A DNA stretch of 64,000 nt from Lingula anatina (taxonomy: Eukaryota > Animalia > Brachiopoda), in the NCBI GenBank assembly GCA_051362555.1, contig JBPQGU010000016.1, forward strand, positions 1,488,001 to 1,552,000, in the 5' to 3' direction. Shown piece by piece: positions 52,334 through 64,000 of the stretch; position 1 is the stretch's first letter, and every line of letters begins with the position of its first letter. The notes beneath the pieces are model-generated. The model made no database searches. It was not told the origin of the DNA and saw only the letters and a program-made list of their open reading frames with translations. Both the position numbers and the translations under genes were made by a program.

Positions 52334-54465
52334 GCTATGATTATATTTTTTATCATTTATCAACTTGGTTGCCAAAAATGGCACTTGAAATCAGTACGAT
52401 TGTGCTTGGAGAGACATCGTTGCACATAGTTGATTCTTAATTCTTTTTACAATGTCATTTCTCCTAACGCCTTCTAGACCATTAGAGTGAGGGAATTCAG
52501 ACTTTGGCGATGGAGAAACCTGTCAACACAAAGGGTACATGGGCACTTCAGAATTAAGAGCATTTTAGGGTTGGGCTGTCTCTGGGGCGGATGATTCTAA
52601 GACAACAACTCTAAAGAATGAAAATGGGATTTACTGAATTTTATAATACTAACATGCTTGAAGTATAAGGAAAAGCTTAACAGCTTGTTTTTGTCGTCAA
52701 TGTAGGTATCTGGAAAATGGTATCAAATCATGTCAAAGGAGGTGCCACCTTTCTCTAATGATTCCTTTATGGACGACTTTGTGCTGAATATACAGAAGAA
52801 AGATGGCGGAGGTTTGTCCATCGATATGCAAGGAAGACGGTAAGTTTGACAATTTAAAGACTATGATTAAATATGTGGAATATGAAATGCTATATAAGGG
52901 ATAGAGTAGAAAGAATAATTACTGTAAGTTTCCGCATAAAAAAATGATCATATTTAGCGTTGAAAATAAACATCAGGGCCGTAGCCTCCGGGGATTTGAG
53001 GTGCAAAAAAATAAATAAATAAATAAATAATCGCAAAGGTAAATAATAATTAATAAAATAATAATTAATAAAAAAATAATTGCAAAGTTGGTATCAATTC
53101 TGTGAGAAAATGCACTCATGGCCACTAGACAATCATTCAACAATCTGTTAACAAAGATGTACTGTTTTTAGCCAACTCAGTTCATGCCAAAAAGCTCACC
53201 CTCCCTTAGGGAGCTATCCTTAGGGGAGCTATACTTATGGCAAAATGAACCCACAATTTCTGACATCTGATTGAGCAATAAAACAGTTAAAATGCACCAG
53301 AATGCAGTATTATACATACAGTTTTTAAAAATTTTCCACACCGTGGGAGGGGGACACCCCCTCCCCCCTCGGGGGCTTCGACCCCTCATGTCCGCTATTG
53401 CCCCCCTGGCATTTTGCTCAGGCTACGGCCCTGAACATACACTTTCAGGGCAGTGTTTTGGTCATTTTATACGTCACGTTCTTTTTTCATTTACGCCTTC
53501 CCTTTTTATAACACACTGAATGAAAAATACATTTTATCGTTTGGCAAACATAGTGATGCATTACCCAGCATTAAAGTGGTGCACGTTCCAAAAGACAGAA
53601 TTAACATGTATTTAATACAGTCATTGAAGTGCACATTTAAGTATTCAATGTCTCTTTATTACTGTAGACAACGAGGCGATAACCAAAAATGTTTGAAAAC
53701 TGGCCGTTTACACTTGGTCCCCACTCAGATGAACGGGAGGTATACAATGGATATAGGTACGTCCCCTTTCACTGAGTTTTCTAATCAAACTCAATACTGT
53801 TTCAACTTGACTTGCATTTCCGTAAAGATTGATATAACGGCCATTTTTATTATAAAAAAGATGCAAAAGTCTTATATTTCCTAGGTCCTGCAAACGACAT
53901 CCTGGAAAACCACTTCACCACTGCTTTCGACAAGTCAGAGGAAAATGAGTACATTATAGCCGACACCGATTACGCCCACTTTTTGGTTACCAAATACTGC
54001 CTTGGGAAGAGGAAAGACGGGACGTGTTCCAAATTGGAGGGTGTGGCAATATCCAGTCGGAATCCTGTTTTGGAGGCCGTCCACCTGTACAATGCCATGC
54101 AGGTGGTTGCCAAGGTGCTGTGTAGAAGTCTTGTGGGGTTCCTGAATCACGAGCAATCCAATGGTATGGACATTACTTGAGTTTTACCGGCACTCATCGT
54201 TTGATATCTAAACCTAATTTGTCTTACAATCCAAGTGTGTGTTCATTATCAAATGCAATTTTTTTACGTGTACTACCTATAACACGTTTTAACGAAAGGG
54301 TTCAGCATCTAATAAACATAGACTGCTTTATTTTTAATTGAACTGCTAACCCAAGTATTTAAACTAGTATAATGTTCTATATATCATTATAATCCAAAAT
54401 AAGGAAGGCAAAAAGCCTAGTAATTCATTTTCAAAATATATATTTTGGTTCCAGCCTGTTTGTGA
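52014..54465 (+). CDS. Lipocalin-family secreted protein 1 (~235 aa) with Trp/Arg-rich N-terminal extension
   Basis: Exons 52014-52208, 52706-52839, 53668-53756, 53885 (or 53939)-54163, 54455-54465 (TGA). Signal peptide, SCR1 'VSGKWY', SCR2 'DTDY', SCR3 'ISSR', and a C-terminal Cys in a tiny last exon. Confidence 0.85.
52974..53433. mobile_element. Non-autonomous DNA transposon, CAGGG termini, 5-bp TSD
   Basis: AACAT|CAGGGCCGTAGCCT ... AGGCTACGGCCCTG|AACAT. Confidence 0.8.
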
Positions 54466-55373
54466 AAGACAATGTACATGTGCGCATTGTGAGCCGGATA
54501 CCAAAACTTGTTTGACTGTGGCTAGAGAAACGAACATGTGGACAGCTAGGGCCACCAAGACCGAGAACGACAGCGTCTGTACACTTAACAATAACGATAT
54601 TATTTATACTGTAATTGCTATATAATATGAACGACCTTGAAGAACAGCCCACTTTCTCTATAGAAAGAGACACTTGTTTTTCTTTTGGTCTTCCTCTCTT
54701 TCGTTATACATGTATCTCTACTAGATATCCAATTTTTAAATAAAAACGTGCTTTATGAAATTGCTGATGACTGATGACGGCCAGCTCGTTATTAGACATA
54801 TATTTAAACAGAATGTGAACTTAAATATACCTCCATGTTTCAGTTGCAACATAAACTCAATAGAGCAAATTTGAAAGGTAGTGCGGTGTGATCTTTGGAT
54901 ATAAAATTTGCAAGAATTTTTCTTGGGTCCATGTTTATTCTGTTTTGATAAAGATGTCGCCAATGTGCAGGGATTTATAATGCATGCTTAAGTGCCACTT
55001 ATACAAAAACAAAATTTATAAGCACCTAGATTATATATAAAAAATGAGATTTCGTCTTTGAAATCCTGAATAAAGCAAACATTCCGCATTTGCTGTAAGG
55101 TGAGTTTATTTTAAATCTGAATTGGAATCTAATACATTATCATAATTGTTACTGACCGTTCATGGATCTTAGTTCACATCTATTGAGTTTATTAATTAGG
55201 CTTTACCGTGTGCAGCAGATAGAACAATGTGTTGAACTCAGAAATACATGCTCGATTTTTGTGAAAAAAATTAATATTAATAATACTAATGATAATGATT
55301 CATACTCGAATTTGCGTCGCCTTGGCAAAAACGTGGGTCATCACATGGAACTGACATTGAGGCTCAATGCGGA

Positions 55374-57902
55374 TTATTTCTTGGTTTCCTGTTCTCGAAG
55401 GTGACAGGCTGAAATAGGATTCCAATTTACAATGCTTTTAACATGTGTATATTTCTTGGAACGTTTATAAGCCTATGTGAATGCAACTTATACAATTTAG
55501 AGTAATATTGAAGTATCAATGCCTGTTCAAGCACCCTTCGAACTCATGTATTTTGATCAAGTCCAAGAAGTCGGGTATGACTTTCACTTAATTCAAAGAG
55601 CAATCCATGTAGCACATAATGTTAAATGAGGAATTTTCCAACGAGTCAAAATTGACTAACCAAAAAGTCATTAAATAAATGAATAAACAATTAGGAAAAA
55701 GGAAAATTAGCATACAAACACACACATACACACACACACACACATATTCATGTATACCCTGATACTTTTGATGTGACAAAGTATTGATAAAGTCATACTG
55801 TGGAAGTACAGGTTTCTGAAAGCTTATTTTTTAATTGTTTTCACCTATAATCAATAACCTGAACAAATCTGACAAATATACTTCTGTTTTTGTTTAAAAG
55901 GAAAGATATTTACCGAACTCGTGTTCCGTAAAACGGAACCCTTCAAAACTTCTACCCAATCTTTCCGCAATTGTCTTCATTCCGGAGTAGACATAAATAG
56001 GCTCAAGATCAACACGACGGCTCCAAAGTTCAACGCCTTCGTTCTGACACCTTCCTGTTACATCTCCTCTACGACAGATAACGATCACCATGTAGTTCGT
56101 GTAGTCCGTTTCAACAATCTCAAATTTGTTGTTGCCTGCAAAGAAAGGAGAAACAGGGTGTTCGTCACAGAGAAGTAAGGGGGGTGATTTTCTAAATACA
56201 CCATAAGTAAGATCATTACCTGTGATATATTTAAAGGAAGCCAGGTGGTGTTCAAGAGAGTAATTGCTAGACCCGTCTTTGTGTTCAACGTACAACATAT
56301 TTTCAGCTTGGTGGTTCATCCCATTGACAATAGTATTTCTTGCAGACATGTGCCTGTCTACGTGTAAGTAAGATTTGATGCGCGCGCGGGCGTGTGTGTG
56401 TTACTTAGACAGAGAAAAGGATCTCCTCTGGTAATTTTAAGTGTACCGGGCTATCCTAACCCTTAAAATTGTTGAGCTCTTAAGATGTGTTAACAAGAAA
56501 TGTGAAAAGGATAAATGTTAACTAGATGAGAAACAATCTTAGTTGAAGAAGGGAAGAACGCTCACTCTCTGATGGGCCAAACGAGAATTCCCCTGGCATC
56601 CGTGTAGGACGAAGTCTGGAAAACTCATCGAGCTCTATGCAGTCTCGAGCGCCTTTCCTAAAAATTTGATCAAATCATATACAGTACAACAAGAAGTGGT
56701 TACTGCTCTTAACAGGTATCTGAAGCCCCACTTTGATGTCACTCTAAATACGTACACGTGTTTTGCTTTAATGTTTTTAACAGGTCCTTACAGTGGTATC
56801 CAGATTGGAACACATATGTACTAGTACTATGATAACATAATATACACTTAATAACAATTCACTAGGGACTCTCTTTATGATGTCCAAGCTGTTGTTTTAC
56901 TATATGCTGTGTTGTAAGTTCCAGGAATGTGCTATGTCTTCCTTTCCATTCCATTGATTTTTACATACGGCAATGCTTTGATGAGGAAGGCCAATGACCC
57001 GTTTTCACCTATGGTCACGTGGGCGGAGTATTCCGTTAAAACATCCTCGTCCTTTATCATGGGATACTGTCGCCAAAGATATCCGTACCAGATACCTTGA
57101 AGCTAGAAATTAAATATAAATGACATGCGTATACAGCATATAGGTGTGCAGAAGGTCCTTATCTCTGTCGATTCTAATTTTAAATTACGTTTTATGAATC
57201 CTGTCTCATCATCTCATGTACATATTAAAGTTACAGTCACTATATATACAGATATTGAAACTGTCTCATGTTGAGACAAAATTCCAATGAAGACGCAAAA
57301 AGGTGAATTTGACTCTATATTGTAAAAAGTACACAAAATCTGGAAAAAATGTAACATAACTCCAATATGGAAAATATTAAGCTTGAGATATACGGACAGG
57401 CTGTCTTCAATTGCAAGGAAGGGAATTATTTTTGGACATACAACTTATATCGTGAGCAATCCATCTATATACATGTATAACTCAAGTAGCTCTTGCATTC
57501 CCCGCGGATAAAAAATAAATAACGACGAACATGTATAGTAATACCAGAAATCGTTTGCTTCTTTTCCTTGACAACCCTGGTTTTTATTAACAGATGCTTG
57601 TGTCGCTTTATTTTACTTATAACCTCAAATACGGGGAGGCCCCCGTTTCAGGCAGACACAGAGAATGGCAATATGTATCTCTCCATATAAAGACATGCAC
57701 TTGCCTTAGTTACATCAAAGCTCCGTAATGCAGGTGTTCTGGGTTGCCAATACCACCATTCTGCCAGCTTATTCCATCTCCAAAGCAAGGGAACTGTATC
57801 TGGGTGTAACATACCAAGTCTGCCTAAGCTAGAGTAACCCAATCCCCCGTCTACAGCAGCGATTTTCAATGCAAAGAAAATAACGTATACCAAGACAGCC
57901 AT
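55374..57902 (-). CDS. Lipocalin-family secreted protein 2 (~226 aa) with Trp-rich N-terminal extension
   Basis: Exons (minus): 57902-57705, 57102-56969, 56657-56566, 56135-55914, 55408-55374 (TAA), 681 nt in frame. Motifs LQGIWY, ETDY, LWSR. Intron phases match lipocalin 1. The first intron has a GC donor. Confidence 0.87.
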
Positions 57903-59347
57903 TCTTGGACTTGTGACTCCGCCTAAGAAGAGAGAGCGTCGGTATAAAAATGCGTTTATTTGCTATGGTCGGCTGGGCATTGAACCTGAGGCCAGGCAAT
58001 AAAATTGTACGTGTAGATCCGACTCCATGTATCTTTAAGTTCTCAGGTTTTTATAATTTACTAGAAATATCTGTTGTGTACAGGTTAAGTTATACATAGG
58101 AAAAAAAACAATAAAACAGCATTAGCTTTTTTTTTTTTTTCAAATAAAACCCGAAGCAATAAAGAAACTGTATGAGCTTAAGTGAACCAAAAAGGAAAAA
58201 TACTAATAAAATAAAATAAAATAAAATAAAGAGATAGTTCAACACCTCTCTAAGGCCAGGAGGCCCACTTTTTTCTTTTTAAAAAATAATTCGAGGTATT
58301 GACAGGACTGTTGAGGGTATACTTAAGAGTCATTTGATTTGATAAACACAGGCTTTTGTTTCGTATTATTAAATTAACCAGGCAGTCTGTCGTTCACGAT
58401 TTTAACATACGGCCTAAAAATTACAAGGCTTGATAACTACAATACTAGTACTGCAACGAGCATGCGCAATCAGATGCCGGAAGTCTGTGGTTATTATCAC
58501 TTGCGTTTATCGAACTTTAAGTCACAAGTCTGTGAAAGACGCTGTTCTGCATGATGACTTCAAATACACTTTTGGTTTGAAGGTATCGTTTCTTACTGCT
58601 TCATTTCTTGTATGAAGTCCATGAAAATTTAGTTTTGATATGTCTGTACATGCATTGGATGCTTTTGTTTCACTTATATAAAAATAAGCTAAAAAACAGC
58701 TATACTTAAAAGCTTGAGGGCCCTTTTTTACCACTTTAAATGTAAGCAAAACATTCGGGGTTTGAAATAAGCTGTTTATTAAAAAGTGAAAAGGGAATTC
58801 CAAACATAAGATCAACATTGACATCGGCCAGTAATTGTGGTACACACTTTGACTAAAAAATAGTACATCAGAGAGGACAAACTATTGAATTATTAAGACA
58901 AAAATGATCAATTCAAAGTGCAAATAAATTAAGATCAATAAATAAATAAATTAAAATTCAGTTTTGATTTATTGGCAGTTTCATATGCTTGTTAAGATTT
59001 TTCTAATATACGCTTTTTGCCACAACCATCTTACAAATATCTTGACTATTTTCTTATCCCTAAAGATGATAATTAAAATTAGAAAATTGCAATAAGATGT
59101 GTTTATTTCAAAGCCGAAATGATATTCCAAATAAATAATCAAATTTGACAAACGTTTTCCAATGGTTTTGGTTTATTAAAGGAATTATATACACTGCCAC
59201 ACATTAAACAGAGATTGAATATATAAAGATGTAGGAAAAGACCAACCGATACAATATCCACAAAATAAGTTGCGTACATGCGGTTTTGCCTCGCTTTAGA
59301 GTCACAATGGAAAATAATATGCTACTGGCTTTGAGACTCAATGCGGG

Positions 59348-60472
59348 TTATTTCTTGGTGTCCTGTTCTCGAAGGTGGCACGCTGAAATAGGATGCAAAT
59401 AAAGATTTAGTAAAGAGTATATACATATTAGATGAAAGACAAGTGCAGCTGTGAGTCAAATTGATAAGAGCTTAGTCTACGTACACAGAAGCTTTCAAAA
59501 ATTATCATTGAAACACCAATATATGTACGAGTACCCTCAGCAAACACTTTGTTTTATTACTTCCGAGGAGAAGGCGAGTATGGTTTTCATTCCAAAGACT
59601 CATCATGTAATTGAGTGCCATTTCATGAAAACATAATTAGATCATTCCATTTCACATTATTTCATATTTGAGGCTTTTCGAATTTATGAAAGCTTTTCCT
59701 TATGTCCTTCGGGCTTTAAACTTAAATTTTATTACTCTGACGTTAAATATTCATGAACCCTTATGGCGGCAACATACAAGATTCTTTCATATGCCCAAAG
59801 GGAAAGATATTTACCGTATTCGTGTTCCGAGAAACGGAACCCTTCAAAAGTCTTACACAGGCGTTGGTCAATCGTCTTCATTGTGGAGTACACGTAAGTA
59901 GGCTCAAGGTACACACGGCGACTCCAAAGTTGGATCGTTTCTGTCTGACAACTCCCAGTAGTATCCTCACCTTGGCAGATGACGACCAGCAAATAGTTAG
60001 TGTAGTCCGTGTCAATTATCTGTCAAGTTGTTGTTACCTGTAAAGGTATGAGAAAAAGGGGTTTGTGCCTTAGCAGATATAATGTGGAAGATGGGTCTGA
60101 GTTAAGTTTGAATAATTAGCGGCCAATCAACGTGCTTCACAATTTTTTAAAAGGCCACCTATTTCATCTCCCCTCTTCCCTTTGAATGAAATTGAACAGT
60201 TTAGACAATGTACTAATTGTTTAGGTAATTATAAGCACTTTTTTTAGTTTTAATCGAAGTCCAACTCGGGATGCTAATCACAATTTTTAGCGAGACGTCC
60301 CAGTATCAATTTCTCACAGGCGGTATCTTGCATCTATCCCATTAAATGCGACTTACCCATGCAAGCCTACCATTTATGTTTATGTAGATCTGTGAACCAA
60401 AACTAAGGTATCTACGTTGAATGATGCTATGGTGTGTGTGTGTGTGTGTATGTGTGTGTGTGTGTGTGTGTG

Positions 60473-60515
<43 letters not shown>

Positions 60516-61719
60516 ATGGCAATGTACCTAGTGTAAACTTTAAAGGTATGGCACGTTTTTAATGAGTAATATATAAATGATAGAAAGTTTTTTGGATAAA
60601 TAATGAAAAAGAGCTCACTCTCCGATGAGCCAAACGAGAATATCCCCTGTTGCCTTGTAGGTTCCAGTCTAGATAGATCATATAGCTCTACGCATCCTTG
60701 GGCTCCTATTCTAAAATGAGGAAATCATTATGGTATTAGTATACCGCATACGCATTTCTATGCATTTTTAAACTGCAGTTGCTTCAAACTACAAAACATG
60801 CAGATACACCTTTGATCGTATTTGTTAGCATAATAAACTCTTAACAAAATGAAATAGAACATATGTCTTTTGATTGCATATAACTAAATGACCATAAATT
60901 AATTTTATTATCTACAAAAAAGCTTTATTAACTAAAGTTATTATGACAGTTAAAATACTATACACGTTTTGCGGTGATATAAGCATTTGTTTGTTGAGGT
61001 GTTCTGTTGAAAACAAATGCACAACTTAATAAAATATGCTTTAATAACAACGTGCACATTCCTTATTATGCCCGAGCTCTAGTTATAAAATCCATAGTTT
61101 TGTTGCATTTTTTACCTGAAAGTATTATGTTTTGCTATATTTTTTACAGGAAAAAAAAACTGTCAGCTTACGTATATTATGCTAGTATTAAGAGAGGATT
61201 TGGTGTAGATAAGCAAATTCGTTTGAAGTCTGTAATGTGATGTTGTTGTCGTATCATTATCGTATCACATCATTAATGTCAGTTCATTATTACTATTGTA
61301 ATATGTGTGCTCTTTTTACAGTGTACGGTTGAAGGAACATGTGTGTGTGTCACAGTGTGTGTCAATGTGTGTGTGTGTGTGTGCGTGTGTGTGTGTTTAG
61401 AAGCGTGTGTGTGTTATCATACTGAAATACTATACGTACGGCAAGCCTTTGATAGGGAAGGCCCATGTCCCGTTTTCACCAATGGTCACGTAGGCAGCGT
61501 ATTCCGTTAAAACATCCTCGTCCTTAACCATGGGGATCTGTCGCCAAAGATAACAATACCAGATACCTTGAAGCTAGAAATATAATGTTAATGATATGCA
61601 AGTACCTGGTATAAGATTTCAGGGGTCCATTATTATAATCATCTATTAGATAATTTTGTGCAGTTATATATAAATTAACATTGTATATACACCGGCATAG
61701 TAATTTTAGTTACTCAAAA

Positions 61720-61755
<36 letters not shown>

Positions 61756-62164
61756 TTGAATACAGTTTTCACTGAAGATGATTAAACTTCAGTAAATTTT
61801 AGACAACAGCCCTACAATAGAATAAACGGGTATTAACTGAATTATTCAATACTGATTACAAACGTGCGTGAAGTATAGGAAAAGCTACTTTTATAGAAAG
61901 AATGGTTATTTATCTAGGATGATATCACATGAACTTTCAATTCATCTCAAAATAGGTCCTGCGTACTTTAGCTGCATTCAGGTGTTGCAGTACAGGTGTT
62001 CTGGTATTCTTATACCCCCATCCTATCAGTCGGCTCCATCACCACGGCACGGACGCTGCACCTGGAATAAATCTTCCAGGTCTGCCTAATCCAGGGTATC
62101 CCAATCCCCCATCTACGGCAAGGATTTTCATCGCGAAGAAAACGGCGTATATCAAGACAGCCAT
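59348..62164 (-). pseudogene. Lipocalin 3, disabled tandem duplicate of lipocalin 2
   Basis: Exons (minus): 62164-61967, 61573-61440, 60710-60619, 60037-59815, 59382-59348. In-frame TGA at 62041-62039 (W*W, versus WRW in the paralogs). Exon 4 has a +1 nt frameshift at its start (27 nt before the TDY codons versus 26 nt in lipocalin 2). Confidence 0.85.
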
Positions 62165-63023
62165 GGTAGGAGTTGTGGCTTGACCAAACAGAGCGAAGTA
62201 GGCCTACTAGATACTTCGTTTATGTGTTTTGGTCTGCTGGCTTTGATTTGAGGTCAACACATGGAAATATATGCATTTATCCCAATCCATTTGGAATATT
62301 TTTTGATTTCTCATTTAATTGCTTTGTCGTATAAATGTATACAAGATATGTTTGTTACACGTGTACATTGAAAAAATAGGCACCATTTACTAATTTTGTC
62401 TATGATAAAAAGAACCGTGTTTGCTAAATTAAAACATAAATAGCTTTATGCCTCACACTACCCCACGGAATTCCTATTTGTATTTCATCATTAGAAAAAA
62501 AAATAATGAAGAGAAAACCTTAACTATTATCTGTTTAATGAGCATGCTTTTTTATTATTTTGTGAGGATCAAGTAACTCACGCTTTAGGGACACATGCCT
62601 CTCACGTTTTATTGGCACCCAACAGTTTGTGAACCACAGTAGTAGTACTGTAACGCGCACGAGCTCTTATGTCCGAGAAGTTTGGCGGCTATGACTTCGG
62701 TTAAAACAAGGCATTACACGTACATTTGAAGAAATTTTAAGTTTCATGTTTAAGTGTGTTAGAGAGGCAATTCAGCAATTATGGCTTCACAAGATATCAG
62801 GTACACTCGTGATTCAAAAGCGTAAATACTATGAAACATGTGGAAACTTAATGTCCATTCTTTAATAATTCTGCTATGACAGTGAATTGTCGGAGAAAAA
62901 ACCCTTGATATGCCGGGTATATATACCTGGCTGACATCTGACTTAGGGATGGCAATTTCCCCCTCTAAACCCCTCTCTTCTCTGCAGCCCACTACGATGT
63001 CATTCAGCCTTTATGTTTGTTAA

Positions 63024-63243
63024 GGCCCCTTTACATTGGACGGCGTCCTTTCTGCGTCCACGTAGTGCGGCCCCGTTTGAGAATAAGAAATAAGAATACT
63101 TTACGTGCCGACAACTGGCTGATCATTGAGGATTCACTTAGCATCCAAAGCGATGCTTGTGCCTCCTTTTGACGACCACAGGGATGCCAATTTCATGGTA
63201 GCACAAAGGACGCAGAACGGACGCCGTCCAGTGTAAAGGGGGT
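63024..63243. mobile_element. PIF/Harbinger-type MITE between divergent lipocalin genes
   Basis: TIR GGCCCCTTTACATTGGACGGCGTCC..TCTGCGTCC / GGACGCAGAACGGACGCCGTCCAGTGTAAAGGGGGT, with TAA/TTA flanks. Confidence 0.8.
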
Positions 63244-63659
63244 TTAAAGAGTTGACATTAGACGACAGGTCTTTAGTGAAATGATATACTATGTAAGGTC
63301 AGCAGTGATAAAACTTGCTGTATGTTGTCCCAAATCTGGTCTTGAACTGTTGACGTGTAACGTACCTTGATGTGCTTGTGATGTGTCATTTATATAGCCT
63401 TATATCTAGTAGACTTTCATCCATTAATTTATTGCTTATTACGGCTGAACGCAACACAAGTTTATGACACATTAAAGCCTTCTGCACTTTTTTTTTTCAC
63501 CAGGACATCAAACACTAAACCGCACTGTACTTCGCTGAATGCAGGCTGTTGTCGGTTGGTGTGTTTTACGTACTTGTACTTCACCACAGCGTTCCTGATA
63601 CCACACAGAAGAGTAACGTACAGTTAACAAACAAGTTACGGTATAGTTAATGATTGAAT

Positions 63660-63818
63660 ATGAGTAACTGGACGCGCGCTGTTTTCTTTGCTGTCCTTCT
63701 GGGTCACGTTGGAGGAGGGTTTTGGCCGATATGTCCATATGGAATCTTCCCCTGGCTTTGGAAACCCCCAGAAAGATGCGCAGAACCCAGGGGGATGAGG
63801 AACCTGGACATAGCCAAG
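63660..63818 (+). CDS. First coding exon of a probable fourth lipocalin-type gene (rest outside window)
   Basis: MSNWTRAVFFAVLLGHVGGGFWPICPYGIFPWLWKPPERCAEPRGMRNLDIAK|GTGAGC. Signal peptide, then an exon ending in 'NLDIAK' at phase 0, like NLNETK|, SFDVTK| and HLNAAK| in the neighbouring lipocalins. The diagnostic GxW exon is not in the window. Confidence 0.65.
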
Positions 63819-64000
63819 GTGAGCCTTCTTTTAGAGCAAAAATACACTGTACATAGGGGTATGCGCCAAGGCTGTTTCAATATTAATGAAATATTGTAGA
63901 TGGGCCTTACGTACGTGTAAACAGCCCGCATGTACTAGTACGTACTGGTACCCTGTGATTCAGAGGGTATTGTCGTTAAGGGGGCACCTGTCTCTACAGC

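Noticed and set aside
55894-56349. 151-aa minus-strand ORF as a stand-alone gene
   Set aside because: Only 56135-55914 is a lipocalin exon. The rest is open intron upstream of a clear acceptor.
62039-62041. In-frame TGA as possible selenocysteine or readthrough codon
   Set aside because: The paralogous residue is Arg, not Cys, and the same gene has an independent frameshift. Simple pseudogenisation explains it.
1-64000. Assigning the sequence to a specific iron-mineralising mollusc
   Set aside because: Gene content is suggestive, but nothing in the window identifies the taxon without a database search.

Overview
AT-rich, intron-rich animal (invertebrate-type) genomic DNA, not prokaryotic. 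Most ORF-track entries are exon fragments or microsatellite read-throughs. Splicing by hand gives three blocks of predicted secreted proteins. (1) 1-33 kb: two tandem six-domain ceruloplasmin/hephaestin-like multicopper ferroxidase genes with no membrane anchor. Copy A is cut by the window edge. Copy B has a complete oxidase region (26 coding exons, ~1323 aa, start codon tentative) and an unusual ~250-aa Pro/Ser/Thr-rich N-terminal extension built from C-x3-P-[W/G/M]-x-C modules. Both copies have lost the domain-4 copper and iron sites, have Glu at the domain-2 axial copper position, and share a GC-AG intron. (2) 38.5-47.2 kb: a 14-exon, ~594-aa secreted protein with a Sib/'integrin-beta-like' N-terminal region, two TSP1 repeats and a possible degenerate SUEL lectin domain. 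A palindromic Tc1-derived fold-back element lies in its last coding intron. (3) 52-64 kb: four lipocalin-type genes with Trp-rich N-terminal extensions: two intact, one pseudogene, one cut by the window end. Many MITEs, a ~140-bp tandem array and microsatellites are interspersed. The species cannot be determined from this window. All gene models are manual and unverified by transcripts.
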